Shown piece by piece: positions 50,266 through 63,455 of a stretch of 64,000 nucleotides of DNA. Position 1 is the first letter of the stretch; every line of letters starts with the position of its first letter. The position numbers and the translations under genes are program-made. The notes beneath the pieces were generated by a model, which was not told the DNA's origin, did no database searches, and saw only the letters and a list, made by a program, of their open reading frames with translations. The stretch is from Novakomyces olei (Eukaryota): the NCBI GenBank assembly GCA_016906335.1, contig JADEYG010000009.1, forward strand, positions 248,001 to 312,000, in the 5' to 3' direction.

Positions 50266-51702
50266 TCAACAATTTACCGGAGCAAATGTGACACTGGCGA
50301 TTGAATCAAATTTCAACACTTCAAAGACAATATTCTTATAGGCCATTAAACTTGATAAACCAAAGCCATCTGTGTCGGCAGCTCCGTCTTCAATACCTTC
50401 CGATTCATTGGAGATATCTTCGTACGAGCTTGAAGGGGATAACGACATTACTTGGCTTACTGTTATGACCTGGGTCGCATCTAAACTGCCCTGAACACCG
50501 CTGAAAGGAGTCTGAGGTTCAATAACAGTACGCGCTGAGCCTTCCATATGTATAGCAAAAGGGCAACGCTTGTAAACCCCAAAATCAGCAGCTTCCAACT
50601 GGTTTGTATGTAATATGACCTTGAGCAGTGTATGCAGAGAGCCGTCGAATAAAAAATCAATCCCTGCTGAAAAATAATTCCAAAAATAATCCTCAGCTTC
50701 ATCTTCCTCAAAGGCATCACTTGATCCACTATTAGCAGCTCTTATTGCCGCTGCGGCCCCGTGTATGTTTAGGCGCTTATCTGATTTAGGCATACTCGCC
50801 TCTGGCGGACCAAAAAGCCGTACAATATCCTGCGGACAGCTTTTGCCGACGATGATCGTTGACGAAATGGGACAGGATTGCGCTTTGCCTGCCGCTATTC
50901 CGCTGAAGTCAAATTGAATAGTATTCTGAGATTGATACAGAGTAGCATTCTCCAACTCGTCGCGAGAGTTTAAAGGAATAAAATTCGTATTCAAAAGAGG
51001 AATTGCTTCTTGCCAACCAGCGCCTTCGATGATAGCCATACACAGCGCTCGCGGGGGTTTAGGGCCGTTTATTAATTGCTTTACATTGTGGACAATATCG
51101 CCTGCGTCGGTCATATCAAATGTAAAGACGAGTCCCTGAAAATGTTGAGCAAGTGGTGAAAAGAAATAAAACAAATAGGCCAAAAAAATAATAATAAATA
51201 AATAAATAAATAAATAAATAAATATTTAATAATTTATGCTTACCGGATAGGACAGGACAAGGGTCTTGCTGTCCTCATCATACTCTCCAGGCCTTGTTGG
51301 ACCAAAATGGCGGTAGACAGTACGGAAGTTGAGGGGTTTATGTAGACTTTTGATTAGAAAAAGTACAAAAGTAGCCAAGACAATTAAATGCTTACTTTTG
51401 CAATTGGTTGCGTTGGTACGTAAGTGGAAACCGGGACAAGTCAGCCACTTCAATCAGCCTTAGCCGCTGCTGTGCGCTATTAAAAGTCAAGCGAAGGCTG
51501 CCCTCGAGCGTTGAAAGGATCGTTCGACCAGGACCACTTTCGTGTTCACGTACAATTTCGAGGTCGGGAAACTGACTGCGGTTTAATCGCACACAATTCA
51601 ATACTTTCCATAACGAGTCACCGAGCGCTGCAGTTAGATTATAGTGCAAAAGTACAAATTAATACCAAAATCACCAAAAGACAGGCCAGACTTGATTTCC
51701 AT
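50266..51702 (-). CDS. UPF0183/PHAF1 (C16orf70-like) protein, about 4 exons
   Basis: MEIKSGLSFGDFALGDSLWKVL, LRLTF...QQRLRLIEV, YRHFGPTRPGEYD...LSYPG, KSDKRLNIH, DYFWNYF..GIDFLFD, K.ILHTN, FGVYKRCPF. Confidence 0.85.
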
Positions 51703-51758
51703 TGAGGGGCGGAACCGAAATTTACATGCTTCGTTTCCCCACGGCCGTCTCGATGAGA

Positions 51759-51912
51759 GGAGTAACGTAATACTGGAGTAACGATATATAAGAGTAACGT
51801 TATATAGAGTAACGTAATACTGGAGTAACGATATATAAGAGTAACGTTATATAGAGTAATGTTATATAGAGTAATGTTATATAGAGTAATGTTATATAGA
51901 GTAATGTTATAT
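51759..51912. repeat. 15-16-bp minisatellite (GAGTAA[C/T]GTTATATA) with a duplicated higher-order unit
   Basis: Visible tandem units, with degenerate copies continuing to about 51980, just upstream of the PHAF1-like start. Confidence 0.9.
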
Positions 51913-52426
51913 GAGTATATAAGAGTGCGCTATATAGGAAGATTAACGTTATATGAGAACAACGTTGAGTGACGTTATATAGGAATACTTTATAAAGGAG
52001 TAGCGTATTATAGGGTCGGCTATATAATGAGTAGCTGTGCTATATTAAAAATTGCTTTATCTCTGCTATATTACTTTACCTGCACATAAATATTATGGCT
52101 CCAATAAATATTATATAGCCAATGCAAAACATTGGGCAACAAAAATAACGAGCCAGACTGACGGATTGTATAGGGATAAGGCGACGGCTATGCTCTGCAC
52201 TTTCACGGTCAAGTATACAGCGAATGAGTTTATATAGAATTTAATGAATGCTTTTTTGAACAATTCAGACTCTCTACTCGAGCTACCAACTCGTCTCGCG
52301 GCTAATACTGTACATTAGGAGGAAGCGTTGTATTTGTACAATAAAAATGGGTCAGAGTGGCGGGTAATACGCCACCCTGACCTTTACATTATAGGGTTAG
52401 GGTGTATACCGCACGATTACTGCGAA

Positions 52427-52717
52427 TCACCGGCGTTCGTATACAAACGCATGCAGGCTAACAAAAGAAAGTACGAGAAAAGAGGCGAAAAACACTGCAA
52501 GGCCGATCGTATCGCGCCAATAAGCACTGGCGTCAAAGCCAAAAGAGCTCAAGATTGTAGCACCAGGCACCTCGATATCGAGACCATACTTGTGGTCCAC
52601 GAGGTCCAAGTAGCGAACTTCGTTCACTAACAGCGCCTCAAAGGCATAGTGAAAGATTGACAGGTTTTGCAGCCACCGTGCAGCGACAGGGATGTCGTCT
52701 AAAAGTCAGTAAATGAA

Positions 52718-52812
<95 letters not shown>

Positions 52813-55800
52813 ACAAACAAACAAACAAAAAACAACTCACCCTTATTCAAAAGCAGCCCGGCAAAGAGCAGGCTAAATAGCATGAAAAGGCTCCCTGTAA
52901 GGTTGGCCACACTAGCATCGCTGCAAACGATTCCGATCCAAAAACAGGCAGATGCCGATGTTAAATTGAACAAAACAAGGACGACAAGAAACTTGAAAAA
53001 CTCGGCAGCATGAGGAACAAATCCGACCATCGGATAGACGACAAGAGCGAGCATAACTGGCGGAACAACTCGCAGGGGCACCATATCAAACAGGACCTTT
53101 GTGACAAAAAACACCCACGTTGCATAGTACCCATTCGCCCTTTCGCGCATGAAAATAAGCCTTTCAGCGGCAAAAACGTTGAGCGACGTTAGAGTACTGA
53201 ACCCAAAGAGCGACAAGATGAAAAACAGCAGACCCAGCCGGTTCTGGAATCCGGAAATGTCGTTGGGAATATTGAAGAAAAGGCACCCGCAGAGCAGAGA
53301 AATCAGCACTGCAATCGTATAATGGGTCAGCATCAGCTGTGGATTACGGTACGCGTTCTTGACCGCTCTTTCCGACAAAATCCGTAGCTGCATAACGTAG
53401 CTAGCACGTTCTATGCCTCCACCAAAAGGCAGCTCGGCCGTACCCGCACCAGAACTTTCCCTCTGAGCTGCTGCTCTTTCAACATCAGCGATAGAATTGC
53501 TCTGTGCGAGGGCAATTGCACTGGACTTGAACAGCAGAGCGAGAGCGTTATTGTCTACAGACCTCGTCGAGCTTGAAGCCCGCGACCATTCAATGTTTGT
53601 ATCGTCCTGTGGATCAATCAAGTGCGAATCTTCTTGCATTCGCATAGCCGCCTCTGCTTCTGGCTCTGGCTCTGCTTCTGGCTCTGCTTCTGGCCCTACT
53701 TCTGGCCCTGCTTCTGGCTCTGTTTCTGGCTCTGCCACCGGCTTTTCCGTCCGATCAACAGTCAAGTCGACAACAAAATCTGCGATATTAAACCCGGCAG
53801 GGCAAGGGAACCCAATCTCTGAGAAATAGAGTCGGCACTGGGCCACGGGTCCGCTGTACACCAGTTTACCGCCTCCCAAAAGCACAAGCTGGTCAAACTG
53901 GGAGAGGATATTGCTTCTTGGCTGGTGGATAGTAAGAACGATCGTGCGCTTGTACCTTGTCGCCAGCGACTTTAAGCACTCGACAACGTTCCACGCATTG
54001 TACGAATCAAGGCCGCTGGTGGGCTCGTCGAGGATCAGGATTGAGGGCGAAGTGACCAGCTCACAGGCTATACTGACCCGCCGCTTCTCTCCTCCAGAGA
54101 TGCCTCTCCGTCCTCCTTCTTCACCAATCTGATGGTCCTTGATACCCAGAATCCCGAGCTCGTACAGCGTGTCCACAACCCGTATGACTTTGGCCTCGTG
54201 CGTCATACTCGCTGGCAGTCGCAAAAGAGCAGAATAAAGCACAGTCTCGTATACCGTCAGCGTCGGCATCAGCCTGTCCTCCTGATCAACAAAACCAGCT
54301 ACTTTTCGTACTTGCTCCGCACTGACTCGCGATCCATTGAGCGTGATTTTGCCGTCTATTTCTCCTCGCTTGGACTTGAATGCCAGTATGTCCAGCAGCG
54401 ACGTCTTGCCTGCTCCAGATGCTCCCATTATTGCCATTATTTGGCCCGGAAGTGCTTGGCCCTGCACGCTGTCAAGCACTACATTGCCGTCAACCTGATA
54501 GGAAATACCAGAAAACTCTATCGATGCGGGGACATGGTCCTTCATCAGCTTGCCATCCTCATCCTCTGGCAGCGAAATTGCTCCCGTCCCGGATTTGTAG
54601 TCGTCCTTGCGAAGCACAAAGTAGAAAACGGCCGCCAGTGCCGACAGAAAGGCCAGCGAGCAACCCGTGGCAACAGCTATAAGCGCATTGTTGGTTTTTT
54701 TAAGCGGTGGCCTGTACCCAGGCAGGTCTTTATAGTAAAGACATTCAGACGAATTGCACTGCAGCTGGATGGAAGTGTCCCCAAAGACTGCCAGAATGAC
54801 GTCGTTCATTGCCGGTTCCTCAAAATAACATTTGCCGTCTGCCTCGGAACATCGAAAGGTGGCAGGGCCTTTGATTTCCTCAGAGAGCAGCTCGCTTAAA
54901 TCCACGGAGCCGTTTTCTCCACAGAGCATACGGTCCGGAATGCATGAGCATTCTAAAGTCTTACACTTGTAATTCGTATTGCGCTCAGTTGAAGACTCTG
55001 TTTGATCAAATTCACAGTCCTGCAGACCGCAATAAAAGGATTCGCGCTCGTCCACCCAGACTAGTTGTTAGAGTTGTAAATATAAAGATGAATAAGCAGA
55101 TAAATAATAGATAAATAAATAAATAAATAAGGCAAAACAATTTAAAAACAAAGAATCCAGATTTATATTTTGACTTACATTCAAATCCGCACGTGTTGTT
55201 GTTTGTTTCGCACGTAAAAGTAACCTGCGGCTTTTGATCGCCCAACAGCGACAATATCTTTTTGTCTAGAATTAGTTCAAACATTTTGTGATTTACGCAT
55301 TTGTGATTTACGTACTGACAACATTGCACATTTGGAAATTCTGGTGTTTTACAAGACCGCCCTTGTAACACGTCCCATTGATGCCAGAGGGCATCAGAGA
55401 ATTGCAGGCAAAATCTTCTTCACACACTGTACTGTTAGATACAAGATGGTAGCAAATTACTCACGATTGCAGTTGATTCCTCCCCAACCGTCATCGCAAT
55501 CGCATGATGAAGTCTTGCGCAAAGGCCGTTCTTCGCGGGGCAAAGAGCCGCACACTAAAACAAGATTAGAGCAATGTAACGATATAAGGAATAACGCAGA
55601 CAGCCCTATAGAGCGTTTAAATTTATTGAACAAAAAAAGCTGGAAATAAAGGAGGCTATCAATCCAATAAAAAGCAATGTCGTAGACTTACACGGCTCCA
55701 GGCAATCGTCGCCACCGAACCCTGAAGGGCACTTGCAGCGGCCGTCGTAAGGATTACACTCTCCGAAATTTTTGCACTCAAACGCGGGCAAAAGGCAGTT

Positions 55801-55994
55801 GAAACTACAAGTCAGAAAATGGAGAAACCAATTGACAATATTTACCAAGGCGGACAGTCTGACGGCCGATCAAACAGAGCATAGTCCATCGCTAACGGGC
55901 TCGTGTCCACGGCCCATTGCTGCGGGGAACTACAGAGTGCCAAAGTGCTGAACAGCGCGCATATTAGCACGTGGAAACGACTGCCGCCACGCAT
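52427..55994 (-). CDS. ADP1: ABCG-type half transporter with an N-terminal EGF-like/Cys-rich luminal domain, multi-exon
   Basis: Signal peptide, [14 protein letters not shown]...[12 protein letters not shown], Walker [37 protein letters not shown]2 membrane domain. Confidence 0.95.
52716..52827. repeat. Intronic (TAAA)n/(CAAA)n microsatellite
   Basis: Visible run in the last ADP1 intron. Confidence 0.95.
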
Positions 55995-56317
55995 AAAGCC
56001 TCCAAATCTAATAGCACCCGATAGTATAAACAACCGCCCACCCGATCGGAACCAGCTCGGAAACGAATAGCAGATAGTGACAGTAAATGAAACTGTTTGC
56101 GAGGCAGATATGACTTGAAATCGGAGTCTATTCGAACTAAAAACGCGGCAATTCCAAGAGAAGATAGCGTCAGCAGTAGGCGGCTCGCGATTCCTGCTCG
56201 GTGTATTACCCTCTACGTACGTATGCTTGTCTTACTTTTAACTGCTTGCTTTACTTTTAATCGGGCCCAAGCAATGCTACAGCCCCCGCATAAGGCCGCC
56301 CGCGGCGTTTATCATAG

Positions 56318-56525
56318 ATTAGGGCCAGCTTATATTAGGGCCAGCTTATATTAGGGCCAGCTTATATTAGGGCCAGCTTATATTAGGGCCAGCTTATATT
56401 AGGGCCAGCTTATATTAGGGCCAGCTTATATTAGGGCCAGCTTATATTAGGGCCAGCTTATATTAGGGCCAGCTTATATTAGGGCCAGCTTATATTAGGG
56501 CCAGCTTATACTAGGGCCAGCTTAT
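56318..56525. repeat. 16-bp minisatellite (ATTAGGGCCAGCTTAT) x13 containing TTAGGG
   Basis: Near-perfect tandem array between the RIF1 stop and the ADP1 start; only the last unit varies (CTAGGG). Confidence 0.97.
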
Positions 56526-56708
56526 GGACCAGATTGACCAGGTCATGTTAAATTGGAATCTATTCGATTAATGGTACAAGCAAAAGAAGAACGCGCTCGC
56601 ACTGGCGGAAGCTTAACCCAAGCCGACCATCAATTTTGCATTTCTACACACCATACTCATCCCTGTATCGGTATCACTTTTACTATCTCTGGTATCGTTT
56701 ATGTACAA

Positions 56709-59700
56709 TTATGCTAGCAGCCTGAAAATCTGCTGCTGTAGTCGCTGCGCAATATTCTGCAGTAAATGTATCTGATCCGCGTGAGGGCGGCCCACTACAC
56801 CCTCCATCAGTCCCACTCCTCGGTCGAGTAAGTGTAAAGCCGCGTCCGTATCCGGCGTAGCAGAATCATTACCCGTCGGCATTATTTTGCCCCCTTTTCC
56901 AGTTTGCTCAACACCAACAGCCTGCTCAGGCGCAGTAGACAAAGAGCTCAGCCCTGGCAGACACGGCTCATCGTCGCTGGTAATATTATTGGTAATATTA
57001 TTACCTTCATACTGCTTGAAAACAGTGTTAGATTTTGCAAAGGACGTGTCGGAAGTGCTCCTTTTGGCCTTTTTCCCGGTCCACAAAGCGGAACCAGCGT
57101 CTCGAATCAACTCTGCCGCACTCCAGGCTCGTTTCAGGCCTCGCCTGACCATTGAATCGTTTAAGCTCGGAGATAGCAAGGACATGGATGCGCTACTTTG
57201 CAGATTATACTCGTCATTGCTTCGACTGGGAGTAATTGAAGCCTCGCCCTCATCTGCCCCGTGTCTCTGTATTTTTCGCTTGGTCGGTGTCTGCTGGGGT
57301 TCCACGTCAGAATCTGACGAGGTTCGTCCCGCTGGATCGGGGAGTTTGAAAACCAGCGGCCTTTGCTCTTGCTCTCCTCCTGCTTCTTCTTTTGTTCTGC
57401 TTTTGTTTGCTCTGATTTTACTGACAGTAGACATTATTCGCCGGGGGCTTTCAGGCATAGAAGAAGCAGCCGCCTGGATAGGCAGAGGCGTAGAACAGTC
57501 CAAAATATTGCCTTCAAATCTCGTCTCCACCGAGGTCGGAACCCCAATTCTCATTGTCGTGTCGACGGTTGTGTCCTCGTCAAGCGTCCTGTCCGCCATA
57601 TTCGCTTCTGACTCTAAAGATAATAAGGGGGACGGCTGCATACTGCCAGCAAGTAGAGGCCTGCTGTCTTTTATGGCATTGCTTTCTTCAACATTATTGC
57701 CTCCAACACTATTGCCCTCAATATCAAAGGGCATTGGTGTAAACACCCGGTGATCGATCATAGTTGTCTCCTCATCGTTCGAGTCGATAAAAGTCGCCGA
57801 CACATGAGCATCTTGGTCCGGATCGCTTTCGCTTCCGCCAGAGATATTTTTATTTTCAAACATACTTTTATTCCCATTTTCATAACCATTTCCGACTTTA
57901 TTACCCTCATTTTCACCATTTTTGCTTTCAGCAGGTAAACCATTTGGCCCTGACAAAGCACTGAAAAGAATAGGAAACTGAAAGGGATCTCCACCATAAA
58001 GCCAATCTTTTCCCACATTCAAAGCCTGGAAAATACCGTCTAAATCACCCTTTTCATATGCTATTCCAGTTCTGTGCAAGCAATAGTCACAGACGGCAGA
58101 CATCACCTTGTTAAAGCTGCCGATTGCGACACTTTTCCAATTAGCGAATGATTTATTGTCGCCGAGGGAGTAAAATTGCAGCAAAGAGCACACAAACGCA
58201 TAGACTAAACGCAATTCCCTCTCCTCTATTGCCTGATCGTTTACAAGCCTCAGAACAACAAAATCGCTCACAGCTTCTACCCATCCCGGTCGCAGTAATT
58301 TTGCCTTGCCTTTGGCAAGCAAGTGCACTAGTCGCAAAAGCTCAGGAATAATGGCAGGCGACTCCTGAAAGCTCTCTTGAAATTTGTTCTCATCCCGAGA
58401 GTCTTTATCTTGAAAATTCTCAAACCTGATTTGTATAAGTGACAACAAAAACTCTGTTCTCTCGACTTCCAAGGCGTCTGTTGCCAGACTCAAATCAAGA
58501 ACAGCAAGAGCGTCTTGCAGATTACTGCTCTTACTGCTCATCAAGCAGTTTGATAAACAGCCATACTTGACCGTCCAATTACTGGTAAAGGGCTCATTCC
58601 CATAAGAGAGCTGCTTTGCCATGTCTAAACAAAGACCTTTAGCCTTTTCCGACGGCTGCTTGCCATTAGAACAAGTTGTAAATTGCGCAATCAAAACTGC
58701 CTCCAGTGAGTAAAGAAGAGCAGGCACCTTTTCCTCCGCTGCTTTAGCAAGTACGTCCCGTTCCCACTCTTGAATCGTTTGCATTACAAAATGTAAACTG
58801 TGCTCTAGGCTGTTTAGATACATTTCTTTGTCAGCGGTTTCTTTTCCATTGTCGTTCATGTGCAGAAACCAACTCTCGAGCTCGTACTTGCACGCCAGTA
58901 AAGCTCTATCCTGTGCTCCCTGACTGGCAATTGTTCTAATAAATTTCAAGGCTTCTGCAATATCAAACCCTGTACTGCTTCCTCCTCCTCCTCGAAACCG
59001 AAGAGCGAAATATTGGCCTACAACTCTGGGAGCAATTTTCGCATTTCCACACACGTTAGATAGAATCCTGTCGGCAGACTCAGTGAGGCTGCAGCTCGAC
59101 CGGGAGACACGAATGTCTCTGCTTGCTGATAGCAAATTTGCCCGGCAAAGGCAGCCATAAACCCCACCAAAATCCTGAGCCAGGCTCGAGCCGCCTTGCG
59201 ATAAATATTCTATGCAAAACTGTTCCATCTTGTCCAGGATAAGAGTCCAGCCTTTTACAGACACGTGTGGGAGCACTGTAGTTGGAATTGCTTCATCATC
59301 TGGAGCAGCAATAGCAGAATCAACATTGCCATTGCTATGGCCACTAGCAGTCTTTTCAGGCATAAGAACCTCGGCTAAAAGATTCAAACAAAAATTATTG
59401 CAAGCTGGCCAAGATGCACTGTTCAGTGACTGCCGAACTGTGCCCTCAACAAGAGTTTGCAGCACAATATCCCGAGCGAAAATCTGCTCTGGAAGCTGAG
59501 CAAAAGCACACAGATATATTACAAGGCTGTTCCCGGCAGCAAGCGTTATTGCCGGAGGCAGGGCACTCTTGCTCGACAGGACAATGTTCACAGGTCGCAG
59601 GCAAAGCGCCACTAGTTTCCTTACATTTGCTGCTTCTTTTTTACTCGAAGTGCACTCTGCGTAATCACGCGCAATAGAGGTAGTGCACTCGTAAACCAAA

Positions 59701-61029
59701 TACTTCCAGGCCACGTGAGCTGCTGTTCGAGCAGCGTTAGAATTGTAGTTAAAACAGTACTGAATAACCATGAGCCAGGAGTTCAAGTGAGCCCAGGCGC
59801 GGAGGACACGGCCGCCCAGTAGAATAGTTATATTCTGCCACACAAGACAGACGTGCAGCGGTTCATTGTCAGTGTGAACAATTTCGTTTAAGCGTTGACA
59901 AATCAGTTTGAACAGGGAGGATGAATCAGAGGCGGAGGAGCAGGTATTAGAAGTGCTCTTGCCCGTACTGGGACTATTGCTAGTGGACCTGTTTGAAGCA
60001 GAGGCAAAGCAGTGCTCAATAGAGGGCCCAGGCTGGATGGAGCAAGCAGCACACTCGCGTCTTACTTGTTGCAGTACAGCCGCTGCCTTTTCCCTTACGA
60101 GTTTAATCCTCTCGAGCAGGCAGCCTACAAGGAACGGAAACCAGTCTGTTAGTCTCCGCAAAGTAACTTGAGGACTAGATCGGAGGCACTTTGAGAGCAG
60201 CAACAACTTTTCCTGAACTGCCGCCGTCGTACTGGCCGGCAGCGGAGAGTGCAGGACAGTCAGCATTTCTTGTACCACTGCAGGTGATGTAATGGTAGCG
60301 GGACACTGCTGGCTGGCAAGCAAGTGCAAATTGAGCAGCAGCACTGATTTACTCGTGCCCGCGACTGTACACGCTTTTACACTGTGCGAGAGCACTGCTC
60401 TAACGAGTTTCTTTTTCAGCAAAGCACAGATCTGAGGGTGCCAGAGCAGAGCGGCCGCCAGCCTTACTGCTTTACAGTAAAGCAAAAAGTTATTGGAGCT
60501 CTTGCGCACGTCCAGCTGCATATCACTGGAAAGCGATTGCAGCAAATTATTGATGGCCGTCTCATTCGCGGGCAAATCAGAAAACTCTCTAGTCGTTCGC
60601 ACTTTGCCGAGCAAAACAACGTACCCGTCGATCTTTTGAGAGAAGCAGTTCCGAGCGAGTGCAGTCTGCATACTCGCGAGCAGCGCGGTTAACGAGACAT
60701 CCGTCTCCAGTTCGAGGCGCCTGTCTATGTAATCGTCCTGCTCTGAAGTCGGTGGGCTTATTGAAAGAGCCGCGTTGTCGCCTCCACCTCCATCGTTCGT
60801 GTCCTTGGGCAAAGAGTATTTTTTCAATATCGAGCGCGGAGTGCCTACAGGGCTGCTCTGTAGCGCGGCACTTTGCGAAATAATTTCTGTGGAAAGAGAC
60901 GTGCGTTAGAATGCTGCGGCAATGACAGGGAATAAAGACTAAACGACGATTCAAGGATCAGTCTTTAAACATACCCAAATTTGATGAGAATAAAACTTTT
61001 TTCTGCCTGCGAACAGGCGTTTCCTCCAT
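56709..61029 (-). CDS. RIF1: Telomere/replication-timing regulator Rif1, 2 exons
   Basis: Spliced N-terminus MEETPVRRQKKVLFS (RVxF) ... PRSILKK (SILK), the PP1-docking pair, followed by a HEAT-like Rif1_N region (W.HLNSWL.VIQ.CFN...AHVAWK.LV) and a disordered C-terminus. Confidence 0.88.
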
Positions 61030-61136
61030 AACGAGGCTCTGTGCCTTTGCGTCTCTGAATCAAAGACGCATCAGATTCAATGGACTGAGGAAAAGCTCAG
61101 CAAAGACAAGAACCCCTTCAGCGTACACTAATTAAA

Positions 61137-61160
61137 ACGCGTCCACCGTGTCGCGCGCGT
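61137..61160. promoter_or_regulatory. Putative MCB (MBF-binding) elements upstream of RIF1
   Basis: ACGCGT at 61137-61142 plus a CGCGCGCG run about 110-130 bp upstream of the ATG. Confidence 0.45.
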
Positions 61161-61530
61161 CGAGTAATACTTGTTAAATTATTTGTTTCTATATCTCTTG
61201 CGAGATTGTCAAGACAAGTAATCAACGAGAGACTGTTCATACTATTCATATAAACCGTGTATAGCAAGCCTTTATTATTCCTAGTCTTATTATTTTTGTT
61301 TTTATTTTTATAATTTCTATTTAATATTTTAATATTATAATATTTTAATATTTTAATATTTTATTATTTTATTATTTTATTATTTTTCGTATTATTTCTC
61401 TTCATATAATTCTTTCTCAACTACTCGCTATTCTTTTATAAAAAATATATATTTGATGTCCGAGTTGATTAAACGTTGCCACTTTGCAAACCAAACAAAT
61501 TCTACTTAAAACCGAACCTCAATGCCTCTA

Positions 61531-62813
61531 TTATACGGTAGACACTCCACTCGCATAGCTTACACTCGAGTCACGGGGATCCGTAACCCGAGAAGACTGC
61601 TCATAATGCTGCCAAGCGAATATACCTGAATCTGGAATGCGTAGACCACGCGATCGCAAGTGACTGCGAATAGCCGTCATTATAACACCAATCGGATGCC
61701 GTCCACAGATAGTGTTTCGTGTCTCTCGCAAGTACTGCACAAACTTATCGTGCTCTCCCTCGGCAATAATGCTCATTCCCTGCTTATCGATCCGGGCAAT
61801 TGACTCGTAGATTGGGAAATCCGTGCTTACAGGAGCGGAAGACCGTGCACCCAGGTTCGTCGCAGACTCTGCCGCCGGATCATGATAGTAGGTGTACCGG
61901 AACCGTGCGCCCCTGTATATTAGCACGATACAATACTGTTGAAGAGGGAAGAGTAGAATTGGCTGAGAGCTGCATTTGCAAGCACAATAATAAGCGAGAA
62001 AGTAAAGGCAAGCAAAAAAAAAGTCGTTGAAATAGAACTCGTAAAGCAGATAAACAATCACAAAAGTAGCATTGATTACACAAAGCAGCCAAATTTGTAA
62101 ATCGCTTACCAATGAGCAAAGTCACTTGAGACCACAAACGTATTGGCTGGATCATCAAGGTAAGAGGCCAGCAGTTCTCCGTACTCTTGTTCTTGCCTTG
62201 CTGTTATTGCGCCAACTAGTATAGGCACAACAGTAATATCGTGCTCTGCGAATATTTTACGAATGTAGGGCAAATGCATCTCGATCGAATGCTCATCCTC
62301 ATCCACATCCAGGGCCATTTGCGAAAACTTTCCGGTCTGCAAAAGTTCTCCTTTTACTATCTGTAAGTAAACTAAGCTTCAATCGTCTCTCACCCTTCTC
62401 ATCAAGCGGCAAAGGGCCTAAGGGTGTAGCATACGTCTGGCAACGCGATACGGCACAGTCTTCAAGGTAAGCGTGGTGGCTCGGACCGAGAATGAATACG
62501 CGCCGGCTTTTATGAGAACAGATACACTATATTTCACAAAAGAAGAGCATACGTGTATCTCGTGTCCAGCCCGGCGTAGGCCCAGGCGGCAGTCGGGCCC
62601 GAGTACGTGTACCCAGCATGGCTACCTTCCTTAGCAAATTCGCCACAATGAAACAACTCACGGTGCAATTATGATTCGGCAGTCTTCAATTTGCCTCTTT
62701 TCCTCGGGAACGCGGTCCAAGTAACGGTCAAGCTCAGCATTGAGGGCCGATTTTGAGCCTGTGTACCAAGAATCCGCATGCGTCGCCGTCCGTGTTGCCA
62801 TCCTGGCTGCCAT
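61531..62813 (-). CDS. MHO1: MEMO1 family protein, about 5 exons
   Basis: TRTATHADSWY, PHAGYTYSGPTAAWAY, FILGPSHH, DEDEHSIEMHLPY, VVSSDFAHWG.RFRYTYY, NTICGRHPIGV, YEQSS...DSSVSYAS. Confidence 0.93.
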
Positions 62814-62866
62814 TGTGGAGTAGTATGATGTAAGCGTCGTAATTAAATAATTAAATAATTAATTAG

Positions 62867-63040
62867 TTGAATAATTGAATAATTGAATAATTGAATAATT
62901 GAATAATTGAATAATTGAATAATTGAATAATTGAATAATTGAATAATTGAATAATTGAATAATTGAATAATTGAATAATTGAATAATTGAATAATTGAAT
63001 AATTGAATAATTGAATAATTGAATAATTGAATAATTGAAT
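62867..63040. repeat. 8-bp tandem repeat (TTGAATAA) x~21
   Basis: Visible perfect array in the divergent promoter of MHO1 and the MIC60-like gene. Confidence 0.97.
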
Positions 63041-63227
63041 AGCCAACTCTGAACTGCTCAATATTTCAAACCTCATTAAAAGTGTTTTTTTACAACATAT
63101 TCGCAATACATTAGTTTATTTCATTATTTTATATCATTATTCATTTATGCTATTACATGAGAATTGTCTGCAATCCGTACGACAGAAGGCCCATAAAATG
63201 TTGAGCCTTAACTATGAGCTTAATAAA

Positions 63228-63312
63228 CGTACAGTAAAACAGTAAAAATTATAGTCAAAAGTACAGTAAAAAGTATAGTAAAAAGTATAGTAAAAAGTAT
63301 AGTAAAAAGTGT
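63228..63312. repeat. Degenerate 12-bp tandem repeat (GTATAGTAAAAA) x~7
   Basis: Visible imperfect tandem units. Confidence 0.8.
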
Positions 63313-63455
63313 ATAGGAGAACATATAAAACAGTAAAATGTCGAATTATAGTGGAGTAGAAACTTACAGAGGGCATACTGACATTATTTATCGTCTTTTT
63401 TATAGTAATAAGGGAAATACTGTACACATTACGGGATCACTACAGCCTTCACGAG

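Noticed and set aside
56887-57753. Long antisense ORFs (288 aa here; 255 aa at 54132-54899; 173 aa at 44325-44846)
   Set aside because: Shadow frames opposite RIF1, ADP1 and PIL1, with no independent evidence.
62843-63106. Repetitive ORFs here and at 18694-18996 and 26815-26997
   Set aside because: Artefacts of stop-free frames through tandem repeats.
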